A stretch of 35,967 bases of DNA from Pseudonocardiaceae bacterium (GTDB taxonomy: Bacteria; Actinomycetota; Actinomycetes; Mycobacteriales; Pseudonocardiaceae). The notes under the pieces are model-generated. The model did not search any database, was not told where the DNA came from, and saw only the letters and a list, made by a program, of their open reading frames with translations. The position numbers were made by a program, and so were the translations under genes. Positions 9,678-18,094 of the stretch are shown here, one piece after another. The stretch lies in contig DASZXM010000445.1 in assembly GCA_035546415.1 (NCBI GenBank), positions 1-35,967 on the forward strand, written 5' to 3'. Numbering within the stretch: position 1 is the stretch's first letter; each line of letters opens with the position of its first letter.

Positions 9678-9919
9678 GGTGGGGCTCCTGGAAGATCGAG
9701 GCGAAGGAGCGGGGCCGGATGCGCACAGTGTCGGCGCGCGCGGCGCGGATGTCAGCGCGGCGGGACTGGCCGGAACAGACACGTCAGCATGATGCACGGG
9801 CGACACCGAAGTGACCCCGGAATGAACTGCCGCTATTGACCATTGGCAGCAACGTGCCAGGCGCCATGCTGCCAACGGCGGCCGGGACGGCGATCAATTC
9901 CGGCCCATTCCCCAATGCC

Positions 9920-9948
9920 GGCACCAAGGTGCCTGGCCCCTTGGTGCC
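9920..9948. promoter_or_regulatory. Inverted repeat GGCACCAAGG-N9-CCTTGGTGCC, with a third GGCACCAAGG copy at 10081-10090
   Basis: Read directly in the divergent intergenic region between the ATP-grasp gene and the small-peptide gene. Candidate operator or hairpin. Confidence 0.4.
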
Positions 9949-10154
9949 GCGACACAGACCCGCTGGTCACGGCCCTGCGGCCGCCGCAATACAGTTTCAC
10001 TATGGTGCCACGGCATTTCCTGTCACCCGATGACCGGTGGCAACCACTGCCGTCCGTTCAATAATCGTCTCCGACACCACGGCACCAAGGGGTCACCGGA
10101 GAAGTCCCGGTGCGGGAAGCCGTTGGGAATTCGACACATTCGGAGGCTGTCATC

Positions 10155-10322
10155 ATGACCTACAGGGCGCTGAAGTCGATTCTGGTCATCGCCGCCACCG
10201 GCATCACCGCACTCGGCGTCGGAGCCGTGACCGCTGTTGCCGCACCGGTCGCCGCGCACGTCCAGGTCGTCGCCGACTCGTCCGCACCGACCCCGGCGCC
10301 GAACGGGGCCGAATGGGGCTGA
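10155..10322 (+). CDS. Small secreted peptide (55 aa) of unknown function
   Basis: GGAGG lies 8 nt upstream of the ATG. Signal-peptide-like N-terminus (KSILVIAATGITALGVGAVTAVAAP), leaving a mature part of about 26 aa (APVAAHVQVVADSSAPTPAPNGAEWG). No family recognised. Confidence 0.4.
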   Translation: MTYRALKSILVIAATGITALGVGAVTAVAAPVAAHVQVVADSSAPTPAPNGAEWG

Positions 10323-10383
10323 TCTCCCCCGCTTTCCAGGCATCACAACGACATCACCGTTCATCGACCTCCAGGAGGGCGCC

Positions 10384-10677
10384 GTGTACGCCATAGCCGT
10401 CTCGTTGGCGTTCGAGGCGGGTGAGCCGGAGGTCCGCTTCACCGACACCACGCTCGTCGAAGTCTTCCGTTCCCTGTCCGTCCCCGCCGACGGCCTGGAA
10501 CACCTGCGGTCCCGGGTCGGCACCGACACCATGGATGTCGTGCTGTTCCTGCGGGCCGGTGGTGTGGCCGAGGCGACCGCCGCCGCTGTCCGGCTCTGCG
10601 ACCGCGTGCTCGACGTGGAGCCGGTGCTGCGCGGCTGGACGGTCAAACAGTGCGCGCAGGTGGAGATCCCCCGCTAG
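10384..10677 (+). CDS. Hypothetical protein (~97 aa)
   Basis: GC3-rich frame. GTG at 10384 follows GGAGGG. The upstream part of the ORF-track frame overlaps the peptide gene. No family recognised. Confidence 0.35.
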   Translation: MYAIAVSLAFEAGEPEVRFTDTTLVEVFRSLSVPADGLEHLRSRVGTDTMDVVLFLRAGGVAEATAAAVRLCDRVLDVEPVLRGWTVKQCAQVEIPR

Positions 10678-10734
10678 CGGCGGCTCCCGGTTCGGCGCGC
10701 ACCCGTGTTCCCCTGTCGTGATCGGAGATCACCC

Positions 10735-10920
10735 ATGCGCACCCAACAGCACCACGTGTCCGGACCGGACCACGGCCTGACCGCACCGGACATCGCCCAG
10801 ATCTGGCAACTCCCACTGGGCACCGTGTACCAGCTGGCCAACCAGCACGGTTGGCAGCGGTTCCGCCGCTCGGGCCGGATGCACTATTCGACCAGAGACG
10901 TCCTGCAGGTGCTGGACTAG
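10735..10920 (+). CDS. Helix-turn-helix (excisionase/MerR-like) DNA-binding protein
   Basis: LTAPDIAQIWQLPLGTVYQLANQHGW...HYSTRDVLQVL fits a short HTH_17-type protein. GGAG lies 7 nt before the ATG at 10735. Confidence 0.6.
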   Translation: MRTQQHHVSGPDHGLTAPDIAQIWQLPLGTVYQLANQHGWQRFRRSGRMHYSTRDVLQVLD

Positions 10921-11375
10921 CTGTCCCGCACGACGAGTGTCCCGGCGAGCATGTCGCCCACCCGCTGCTGCCGCCGGCTGTTGGCCATCACGACGAGGCC
11001 CACGAGGCCGAACGGAAACCCGTCCACCACCGTGGCGAGGCACCGCAGCACGTGGGCGGCGAGCGCAGGCCGCTCGCCGCCCAGGGTGACCACCCGCAGC
11101 CCGAACCACCGCATCGCAGGCGTCTGCCCGGCGTGCAGGTAGGGCCACAGGACGGTCACGCCCAGCCAGCCGAACAGGCTCAGCCACAGCCACACCAGCA
11201 CGGCCACCAGCACCGGCACGAACAAGCCGCCGAACAGCGCGTGCAGGCCCAGCGCCAGCGCGGCGGCCAACCCGACGGCCACGACCTGCACCAGCAGCAC
11301 GTCGACGGCGAACTGCGCGGCCCGCCGCGCGACCACACGGGTGTCGTCGACCAGGGGCAGTGCCGGTTCGTCCAT
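10917..11375 (-). CDS. RDD family membrane protein
   Basis: Three hydrophobic helices plus the C-terminal RVGDMLAGTLVVR motif typical of RDD proteins. ATG at 11375. Confidence 0.75.
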   Translation of the reverse strand: MDEPALPLVDDTRVVARRAAQFAVDVLLVQVVAVGLAAALALGLHALFGGLFVPVLVAVLVWLWLSLFGWLGVTVLWPYLHAGQTPAMRWFGLRVVTLGGERPALAAHVLRCLATVVDGFPFGLVGLVVMANSRRQQRVGDMLAGTLVVRDS

Positions 11376-11436
11376 CACACCGGCATCATGCCCGCCGGGC
11401 GACACGGTGGTCCACTCGATCCACTGTGGACACCGG

Positions 11437-11994
11437 TCACCGGCGGGCGGTGCCGTGGCGCAGCACGTCCAGCATCCGGTCGTGCCGGCGGGGGTCCTCG
11501 CCGGCCAGCGCGATGCCACCGGCCAGCAGCAGCACGTCGGCGGCGTCGATGTCGGCGCGCACCGTGCCGGCCCGCTGCGCCCGGCCCAGCAGCGCCGCCG
11601 TCGTGCCGAGCATCGCCTGGTGCCAGCGGTCGAACAGCGGGCCGCCGTGCCCGCCGACCAGCACCAGCGCCAGGTCGCGCTTGCCGGCCAGGTGCTCGAC
11701 GAACGCGTGCAGCCAGCCGAACAGCGCCTCCTCCGGTGTCAGCTCCCCGGTCCGCGCGCCTGCCCGCGCGCACAGCGCCGTGACCTCGTCGGCGTAGACG
11801 GCGATGATCAGCTCGTGCCGGGCGGCGAAGTGCCGGTACAGCGTGGCGTTGCCGACCCCGGCCCGCCGTGCCACGTCCTCCAGCGGTGCCCCGGCGCCCT
11901 GCTCGGCGAAGACCTCACGCGCGGCCAGCACCAGCAGTTCGTAGTTGCGGCGCGCGTCCGCCCGACGCGGCCGGCCCGAACCGGAGGACGACAT
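11437..11994 (-). CDS. TetR/AcrR family transcriptional regulator
   Basis: N-terminal HTH: RRNYELLVLAAREVFAEQGAGAPLEDVARRAGVGNATLYRHF. Confidence 0.9.
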   Translation of the reverse strand: MSSSGSGRPRRADARRNYELLVLAAREVFAEQGAGAPLEDVARRAGVGNATLYRHFAARHELIIAVYADEVTALCARAGARTGELTPEEALFGWLHAFVEHLAGKRDLALVLVGGHGGPLFDRWHQAMLGTTAALLGRAQRAGTVRADIDAADVLLLAGGIALAGEDPRRHDRMLDVLRHGTARR

Positions 11995-12030
11995 CGGTCT
12001 CCCGCCAACGTGGACATCGACCGGGCCAGA

Positions 12031-12939
12031 CTAGGTGCGGTAGGCGGTGGCCAGCCAACCCTCCCTGGCGCTGGGATAGTGCGGCGTCCAGTCGGCGGCC
12101 TCGGTGAACCGCTTGTTGCTGACCCGCACCGACCGGGTGAGCGACGTGAGCCGGTCGCCGAACAGCAGCGCCAGCCGGCCCGGCCCGCGCACCCACGTCG
12201 GCGCCCCGACGGCCCTGGCCAGCGCGTCGGCGAACTCGCGTTTGGTCAGCGGCTGGTCGTCGACGACGTTGTACGTCCCGGCCGGCACGGTCAAGGCGGC
12301 GACCACGGCGGACGCGGCGTCCACCATGTGGATCGACGACACATAGCCGTCCGGCGGGCCCAGCACGAAACCGACATGGTGGCGGGCCTGGTCCAGGATC
12401 TGTTCGCTGTGCGCGGCGCCCGGCCCGTAGAACAAGCCGAACCGCAGCACGACACCGGCGCCGCCGTTGCGGGTGAACCGGTTGGCGTTCGTCTCGGCGG
12501 CCAGGTTCCCCCTGGCCATCGGGTAGTGGTCGATCGGCGAGTCCTCGTCGATCCAACGGTCGCCCTGGTCTCGGTACAGCATGCTGACCGACTCCTGCAC
12601 CACTCGCCCGACGCCGGCGTCCAGGGCCGCGTCGACGACGGCGGCGGAACCCTCGATGCGCACGCGATCGTTGGCGCTCCAGGCTTTCGTACTCAGGAAC
12701 CGGGCCGTCGGCGGGATCGCGGTGGCCAGGTTGGCGACGGCGTCGTGCCCGGCGAGCGCGGCGGCGAGGCCGGACCGGTCGAACAGCGAGACGGACACGG
12801 CGGTCGCGCCCTGCCGGGTCAACCGGGCGGCCTTGTCCGCTGTCCTGGCCAGCGCGGTGACGGTGTGCCCCGCCTCGATCAGGGCCGGGACGACGTGGCC
12901 ACCGATCGCACCCGTCCCTCCTGTCACGAACACCCTCAT
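12031..12939 (-). CDS. NAD(P)-dependent epimerase/dehydratase-type SDR (atypical SDR)
   Basis: Rossmann motif MRVFVTGGTGAIGGHVV. ATG at 12939; the ORF track extends to a GTG at 12948. Confidence 0.85.
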   Translation of the reverse strand: MRVFVTGGTGAIGGHVVPALIEAGHTVTALARTADKAARLTRQGATAVSVSLFDRSGLAAALAGHDAVANLATAIPPTARFLSTKAWSANDRVRIEGSAAVVDAALDAGVGRVVQESVSMLYRDQGDRWIDEDSPIDHYPMARGNLAAETNANRFTRNGGAGVVLRFGLFYGPGAAHSEQILDQARHHVGFVLGPPDGYVSSIHMVDAASAVVAALTVPAGTYNVVDDQPLTKREFADALARAVGAPTWVRGPGRLALLFGDRLTSLTRSVRVSNKRFTEAADWTPHYPSAREGWLATAYRT

Positions 12940-12985
12940 GTCGCCCACGTTAGAGATTCATACCGGCTCACGGGAGGATCACGCC

Positions 12986-13549
12986 ATGCGAAAACTGACC
13001 TTCGGCATGAACGTGAGCCTGGACGGCTACATCGCCGCACCCGGCGACGACCTCGGCTGGAGCGCGCCGAGCGACGAACTGTTCCAGTGGTGGTCCGACC
13101 GGGTGGGGGCGACAGGACTGGCGCTGTACGGGCGCAGACTGTGGGAGACGATGAGCTCCCACTGGCCGACCGCCGACCAGCAGCCCGGCGCCACACCGGC
13201 GGAGATCGAGTTCGCCCGCCGCTGGCGGGACATGCCCAAGGTGGTGTTCTCCTCGACGACCAGCACGGTCGACTGGAACACCCGCCTGGTCACCGGGGAC
13301 GTGCTCGCCGAGATCGCCCGGCTCAAGGCCGAGGACGGCGGCCCCATGGACATCGGCGGCGCCACTCTCGCCGCGGTGGCCATGCGGGCCGGCCTGATCG
13401 ACGAGTACGTGCTGGCCACCGCACCGGTCCTGGTGGGCGGTGGCACGCCGTTCTTCACGGCCCTGGACAACTGGGTGAACCTGACGCTGGTGGAGACCCG
13501 GACGTTTCCCGGCGGCGTGGTGCTGACCAGGTACGAGACCCGGCACTGA
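12986..13549 (+). CDS. Dihydrofolate reductase family protein (RibD C-terminal domain type)
   Basis: MRKLTFGMNVSLDGYIA...GRRLWE...DIGGATLA...DEYVL...PVLVGGGTPFF. GGGAGG lies upstream of the ATG at 12986. Confidence 0.85.
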   Translation: MRKLTFGMNVSLDGYIAAPGDDLGWSAPSDELFQWWSDRVGATGLALYGRRLWETMSSHWPTADQQPGATPAEIEFARRWRDMPKVVFSSTTSTVDWNTRLVTGDVLAEIARLKAEDGGPMDIGGATLAAVAMRAGLIDEYVLATAPVLVGGGTPFFTALDNWVNLTLVETRTFPGGVVLTRYETRH

Positions 13550-13590
13550 GGTGATCGAACGTATGTTCGATCACCGTGTATGGTGGGGGT

Positions 13591-14214
13591 ATGGCAGGAC
13601 TCCAGGCTTCCCTGCTCGACGCGTTCGCGGAGGTGGGCGTCGGGCCGCTGGACGCCGCCCGCCGGACGGTGCTGGGCGACGGGGCGTGGATCGACGTGTT
13701 ACCGGGCTGGCTCACGGGTGCGGACACGCTGTTCGAGGCGTTGGCCGGGTCGGTGCCGTGGCAGGCGGAGCGCAGGCGCATGTACGACCGTGTGGTCGAC
13801 GTCCCGAGGCTGCTGTGCTTCTACGGCGAGGACGACCCGTTGCCGCACCCGGTGCTGACGGTGGCGCGGGACGCGCTGACCGACCACTACCGACCGGAAC
13901 TGGGCGAGCCGTTCCGGACAGCCGGCCTGTGCCTGTACCGGGACGGCCGCGACAGCGTGGCCTGGCACGGCGACCGCATCGGCAGGGGGAACAAGGAGGA
14001 CACGATGGTCGCGATCGTGTCGGTGGGCGCCCCGCGAGCCTTGACGCTGCGCCCCCGCACGGGCGGCCCCAGCCAGCGATACGCCCTGGGCCACGGCGAC
14101 CTGATCGTGATGGGCGGCTCCTGCCAGCGCACATGGGAACACGCCATCCCGAAGACGTCGAAGTCGGTGGGCCCGAGAATCAGCATCCAGTTCCGCCCGA
14201 GAGGCGTGCGCTGA
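13591..14214 (+). CDS. alkB: Alpha-ketoglutarate/Fe(II)-dependent dioxygenase, AlkB-like
   Basis: LYRDGRDSVAWHGD (HxD), MVAIVSVGAPR, GDLIVMGG, WEHAIPK, RISIQFR. Confidence 0.8.
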   Translation: MAGLQASLLDAFAEVGVGPLDAARRTVLGDGAWIDVLPGWLTGADTLFEALAGSVPWQAERRRMYDRVVDVPRLLCFYGEDDPLPHPVLTVARDALTDHYRPELGEPFRTAGLCLYRDGRDSVAWHGDRIGRGNKEDTMVAIVSVGAPRALTLRPRTGGPSQRYALGHGDLIVMGGSCQRTWEHAIPKTSKSVGPRISIQFRPRGVR

Positions 14215-14265
14215 CGCCCGGCTGAACAGCGGCAGGTGGCCGAGCCGGGCCTGCGCGGTGCCGTG

Positions 14266-14770
14266 CCGCCAGCACGAGCGACACACCGGCCGGGCCCGAA
14301 CAGGCGCGAGAAGCGGCAGCCCGTGCCAGCGACCAGGCGACTGCCGAACGCCGCGTGCGGCGGACTGGGCAGCGTGCGCTCATGCCCGGCGACGCGATGC
14401 GGCAAGCCCCCGATATCGGCGACGCCAGCAGCCCACCCACCAACGACCAGCCACCCACCAAGCCCCGCAACCCGCGAACTGGGCGGTATTAGGTCACCTC
14501 CAGCCGGCCAGATGATGCGGCAAACCCCCCGATATCCGCGACGCCAGCAGCCCACACCACCAACGACCAGGCTCCCACCGGACTCGCGACCCGCGGACTG
14601 GGCGGCCGCCAGCACGAGCGGCACGACCAGCCGGGCGCGAACACGCGCGCGAAGCCGGCAACCCACGCCACCACCGGCCAGCCGCCTACCGAGCGCAGCG
14701 TGCGGCGAACTGGGCAGCGTGGGGTCGTGTCCGGCCGCCCGGGCGATACGGCAAGCCCCCGGACAGGCGC
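14266..14770. repeat. Degenerate interspersed/tandem repeat array (units X1-Y1-Y2-X2-partial Y3), non-coding
   Basis: X units start with CCGCCAGCACGAGCG at 14266 and 14606. Y units start with GATGCGGCAA(G/A)CCCCCGATATC at 14396 and 14514, with a partial GATACGGCAAGCCCCC at 14745. GCG(G/A)ACTGGGC recurs four times. Confidence 0.75.
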
Positions 14771-14798
14771 GAAGCCGGCAGCTTGTGCTGCCGGCTTC
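14771..14798 (-). terminator. Hairpin terminator downstream of the L36 gene
   Basis: GAAGCCGGCAGC-TTGT-GCTGCCGGCTTC: a perfect 12-bp stem with a 4-nt loop, 12 nt after the L36 stop. No U-tract, as is common in high-GC actinobacteria. Confidence 0.7.
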
Positions 14799-14810
14799 GG
14801 GAATCTCGGG

Positions 14811-14933
14811 TCAGCCCTGGCGGGCGTTGAACCTCGGGTTCTTCCTGTTGATCACGAGAACCTTGCCTGCCCGCCTGACCACCTGCGAGCCGGCCTTGTT
14901 CTTCAGCGACCGCAACGAGGAACGCACCTTCAT
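14811..14933 (-). CDS. ykgO: Type B (Cys-less, zinc-independent) 50S ribosomal protein L36
   Basis: Not in the ORF track. My own translation is [40 protein letters not shown] (40 aa), which fits the YkgO/L36-B pattern (SLRxxK...VxRxGxxxVIxxxNPRFxAxQG). AAGGAGG RBS upstream, hairpin terminator downstream. Confidence 0.85.
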   Translation of the reverse strand: MKVRSSLRSLKNKAGSQVVRRAGKVLVINRKNPRFNARQG

Positions 14934-15031
14934 CGTTCCGAACCTCCTTCACCGAACCCGAACGTCCTTCCGGGCTCCAACCTCGCCCGCTCCGGCCGTT
15001 CCGACACCTATAACAACGGCCCGTCGCGTTT

Positions 15032-17953
15032 TCATCCCACCGCCTGCCAGTCCAGAACCCGGTCGGCCAGGTCGCGGATCGTCGCGAGCAGACCCAGTCG
15101 GGCGGCGCGGACCGCCGGGTCCTCCGCCATCACCAACACCTCGTCGAAGAAGGCGTTGATCGGGCCGACCAGCGCGGCGCCGGATTCGGCGAACGACGCG
15201 AGGTCCGCGACCGGGCCGGCCTTCGCCACCGCCTCGACCAGGGCCAGTTCCGCCGGGCCGGTCAGCAGGCCCGCGTCGAACCCGGCGGGGACATCCGCCG
15301 GGACGATCCGGCGGACCCGCTGTACCGCCGCGACCAGCGCGTCGAACTCCTGCGTGCCGGCTCGCCGTTCCAGTTCGGCCAGTGTCTCGTCCGCGGCTGC
15401 CGGTGAGTCGGCCAGTGGGAGGACCGCCGCGACGAAGCGGTGGTCGTGGCCGGCATCCACGAGTTGCTGCTCGTAGCGGCGCACCACGAACTCCTGCGCG
15501 ACGGACAGATCGGGCGTCGGCACGTCGGGCAGCTGCTCCGCCGCCACCGCCAGGCCGCGACTGATCGTGACGTCCCGCACCGCCGGCACCGACCGCAGCA
15601 CCGTCACCACACCCGCCGCCGCGCGCCGCAGCCCGAACGGGTCCGAACTGCCCGACGCGTTCGCCTCCACCGCGAACAGACCGGCCAGCAGGTCGAACCG
15701 GTCCGCCAGCGACAGCAGCGCCCCGGGCACGGTCGCCGGCAGCGCGTCACCCGCCGACCTGGGCAGTTCCATCTCGTACAGCGCGTCGGCGACCGCTGCC
15801 GGTTCGCCGGCCCGCACCGCGTACTCCCGGGCCATCGTGCCGGCCAGGCTGGTCAGTTCGATCACCATCTGCGACGCCAGGTCGAACTTCGCCAGCTCGG
15901 CGGCTCGTTCCAGCACCGCCCGGTCGGCCACACCCGCGCCCAGTCGCAACGCGACCGCGCCGATCCGCCGGGCCCGGTCGGCCATCGAACCCAGGCCCGC
16001 CGCGAACGCCAGCTTGTCCAACCCGGCCCGCATGGTCGCCAGCGGCGTCCGCAGGTCGGCCCGCCAGAAGAACGCCGCGTCGTCGTACCGGGCGCGCAGC
16101 ACCGCCTCGTTGCCGGCGCGCACGACGTCGGCGTCGACTGCGCCGTTCGCCACTGTCACGAAGTACGGCAGCAGCGCGCCCGACGAGTCCCGCACCGGCA
16201 GGTACCGCTGGTGCTTGCGCATCACGGTGGTCAGGATCTCCGGCGGCAACTCCAGATAGCGCGCGTCGAACGTGCCCAGGATCGGTGTCGGCGACTCGAC
16301 CAGGTTGGCGATCTCGTCCAGCAGCGCCGGCTCGTCACCGATGACACCGCCCACGCCGGCCGCCAGTTCGGCCGCCGCCGTCACGATCCGCGACCGGCGT
16401 TCGCCACCGTCCGCGACGATGCCGTGCCCGGCCAGGAATTCGACGTAACCCCGGGCCGACGGCACCTCGACCACCGGTTCCGGCGCCGTCCGGTGCACCC
16501 GGGTCGTCCGGCCACCGGCCAGCGACGACACCGCGATCGGCACCTCGACGTCGTCCAGCAACGCGACCAGCCACCGCACCGGTCGGGAGAACGACAGCGT
16601 CGGGTCGTTCCACCTCATGTTCTTCTCGGCGCGCAGTTCGGCCACCACCGAGCCGAGCAGTTCCGACAGCACCTCGACCGCGCCCCGGCCCGCGTCCGTC
16701 CGCACCGCCGCCACCTGGTCGTCCACCCGCACCAGGTCGGCGACGTCCACGCCCTGGCCGCGCGCGAACCCGATCGCCGCCTTCGTCGGCTCGCCGTCCG
16801 CGTCGTAGGCCACGCCGATCCGTGGGCCGCGCACGGTGCGCGAGGCGTCCGGTTCCCGCGGTGACACCGCGTCGACCAACGTGATGATCCGCCGTGGCGT
16901 CGCGTGGCAGCGGATTTCGCCGTGCGCCAGGCGGGTCGCGGCGAGTTTCGTGGTCACGGCCGACCGCACCGCCTCCGCCGTGCGCGTCACCTCGGCGGCC
17001 GGCAGTTCCTCCGTGCCGATCTCGAACAGCAGCGTCGCGGGCGCGTCGACCACCGGCAGCGCGGCGGGCAGCGCCGCCGGCGTGGGCGGGCGCGTCACGC
17101 CGAGCGGGTGGTCCAGCTCGGCGCGGCGTTCCTGCCACAGCTGCGCGACCTCGCGGGACAGCGCCCGCATCCGGGCGAACGCCCTGGCGCGTTCCGTGGT
17201 CGACACGGAGCCGCGGGCGTCCAGCACGTTGAACGCGTGGGAGCACTTGAGGACGTAGTAGTGCGCCGGCACCGGCAGCCGCGCGTCCAGCATGCGCCGC
17301 GCCTCCGACGCGTAGTCCTCGAACAACCGCCGGTTCGTGTCGACGTCGGCGTCGTCCAGGTAGTACCGGCTCATCTCGTACTCGGCCTGGCCGAACGCCT
17401 CGCCGTAGGAAATGCCCGGCGCGTAGGCGATCTTGGCGAAGTGGTCGACGCCCTGCAGGGCCATCATGATCCGCTCGACGCCGTAGGTGATCTCCACCGA
17501 CACCGGGTTCAGCGTGGAGCCGCCGGCCTGCTGGAAGTACGTGAACTGGGTGATCTCCAGGCCGTCCAGCCACACCTCCCAGCCCAGGCCCCACGCGCCC
17601 AGTGCCGGTGACGCCCAGTTGTCCTCGACGAACCGCACGTCGTGCGCGTCGACGTCGATACCGAGTGCGGCGAGGCTGCCCAGGTACAGCTCCTGCGGGT
17701 CGCCGGGGTCGGGCTTGAGGACGACCTGGAACTGGGTGTGGGTTTGCAGCCGGTTCGGGTTCTCGCCGTAGCGGGCGTCGTCCGGCCGGACGCTGGGTTC
17801 CACGTAGGACACGTGCCACGGCTCGGGCCCCAGCACGCGCAGCACGGTCGCGGGGTTCAGCGTCCCTGCACCGACCTCGGTGTTGAACGGCTGCACGACC
17901 ATGCAGCCCCGGTCGGTCCAGTACGTGGTGAGCGCGAGCAACGCGTCCTGCAT
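15032..17953 (-). CDS. Glycine--tRNA ligase, fused alpha (GlyQ) and beta (GlyS) subunits
   Basis: The N-terminal ~300 aa match GlyQ (YWTDRGCMVVQP, EVGAGTLNPAT, RYGENPNRLQTHTQFQVVLKP, FVEDNWASPALGAWGLGWEVWLDGLEITQFTYFQQAGG). After a Pro-rich linker, LLFEIGTEELP starts the GlyS-like beta part. ATG at 17953. Confidence 0.9.
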   Translation of the reverse strand: MQDALLALTTYWTDRGCMVVQPFNTEVGAGTLNPATVLRVLGPEPWHVSYVEPSVRPDDARYGENPNRLQTHTQFQVVLKPDPGDPQELYLGSLAALGIDVDAHDVRFVEDNWASPALGAWGLGWEVWLDGLEITQFTYFQQAGGSTLNPVSVEITYGVERIMMALQGVDHFAKIAYAPGISYGEAFGQAEYEMSRYYLDDADVDTNRRLFEDYASEARRMLDARLPVPAHYYVLKCSHAFNVLDARGSVSTTERARAFARMRALSREVAQLWQERRAELDHPLGVTRPPTPAALPAALPVVDAPATLLFEIGTEELPAAEVTRTAEAVRSAVTTKLAATRLAHGEIRCHATPRRIITLVDAVSPREPDASRTVRGPRIGVAYDADGEPTKAAIGFARGQGVDVADLVRVDDQVAAVRTDAGRGAVEVLSELLGSVVAELRAEKNMRWNDPTLSFSRPVRWLVALLDDVEVPIAVSSLAGGRTTRVHRTAPEPVVEVPSARGYVEFLAGHGIVADGGERRSRIVTAAAELAAGVGGVIGDEPALLDEIANLVESPTPILGTFDARYLELPPEILTTVMRKHQRYLPVRDSSGALLPYFVTVANGAVDADVVRAGNEAVLRARYDDAAFFWRADLRTPLATMRAGLDKLAFAAGLGSMADRARRIGAVALRLGAGVADRAVLERAAELAKFDLASQMVIELTSLAGTMAREYAVRAGEPAAVADALYEMELPRSAGDALPATVPGALLSLADRFDLLAGLFAVEANASGSSDPFGLRRAAAGVVTVLRSVPAVRDVTISRGLAVAAEQLPDVPTPDLSVAQEFVVRRYEQQLVDAGHDHRFVAAVLPLADSPAAADETLAELERRAGTQEFDALVAAVQRVRRIVPADVPAGFDAGLLTGPAELALVEAVAKAGPVADLASFAESGAALVGPINAFFDEVLVMAEDPAVRAARLGLLATIRDLADRVLDWQAVG

Positions 17954-18035
17954 GGTCAGCACGCATGCCAACCTACCGGCACCAGCCAGGGGTTTTCCGT
18001 CCGGCGGTGGTCGGCACAGGGGTCCGGACAACGCG

Positions 18036-18066
18036 GAACCGGCCCTGGCGGGGGCAGGGCCGGTTC
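18036..18066 (-). terminator. Hairpin downstream of the DinB-family gene
   Basis: GAACCGGCCCTG-N7-CAGGGCCGGTTC: a 12-bp perfect stem, 29 nt after the stop at 18095. Confidence 0.55.
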
Positions 18067-18094
18067 GGTGGGAGGACCTCGATGTCGGTCGAGG

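Noticed and set aside
8134-9726. 530-aa minus ORF and other alternative frames (8267-8860 +, 8395-9285 +) over the ATP-grasp gene. The same situation applies at 16335-17966 (minus) over glyQS and 23895-25631 (minus) over the GGDEF-EAL gene.
   Set aside because: These are out-of-frame or antisense shadows of genes with clear family motifs, and their composition is poly-Arg/Pro/Gly.
10735-10920. Excisionase-like HTH as a marker of an integrated mobile element
   Set aside because: There is no integrase, recombinase, tRNA target or flanking direct repeats in the neighbourhood. Small HTH_17 proteins are common stand-alone regulators in actinobacteria.
11341-13554. 737-aa plus-strand ORF spanning the TetR, SDR and DHFR-family region
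   Set aside because: It runs antisense to two well-supported minus-strand genes and has Arg/Pro/Gly-rich composition. Only its last ~187 codons (12986-13549) form a real gene.
14266-14770. Possible CRISPR array
   Set aside because: The units are long (about 90-140 bp), unequal and degenerate. There is no short constant repeat alternating with unique spacers, and no cas genes are in the window.
14934-15031. Zur box upstream of the Cys-less L36 gene
   Set aside because: Only a single TGAAAA half-site (reverse strand, near 15025-15035) is present, with no matching TTTTCA half. That is not enough to call.
14236-15159. 307-aa plus ORF and 13887-14666 minus ORF that read through the repeat array and yield repeated peptide segments
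   Set aside because: Pro/Arg/Thr-rich with no start context. The plus ORF runs antisense across the well-supported L36 gene and its terminator. The repetition is better explained at the DNA level.
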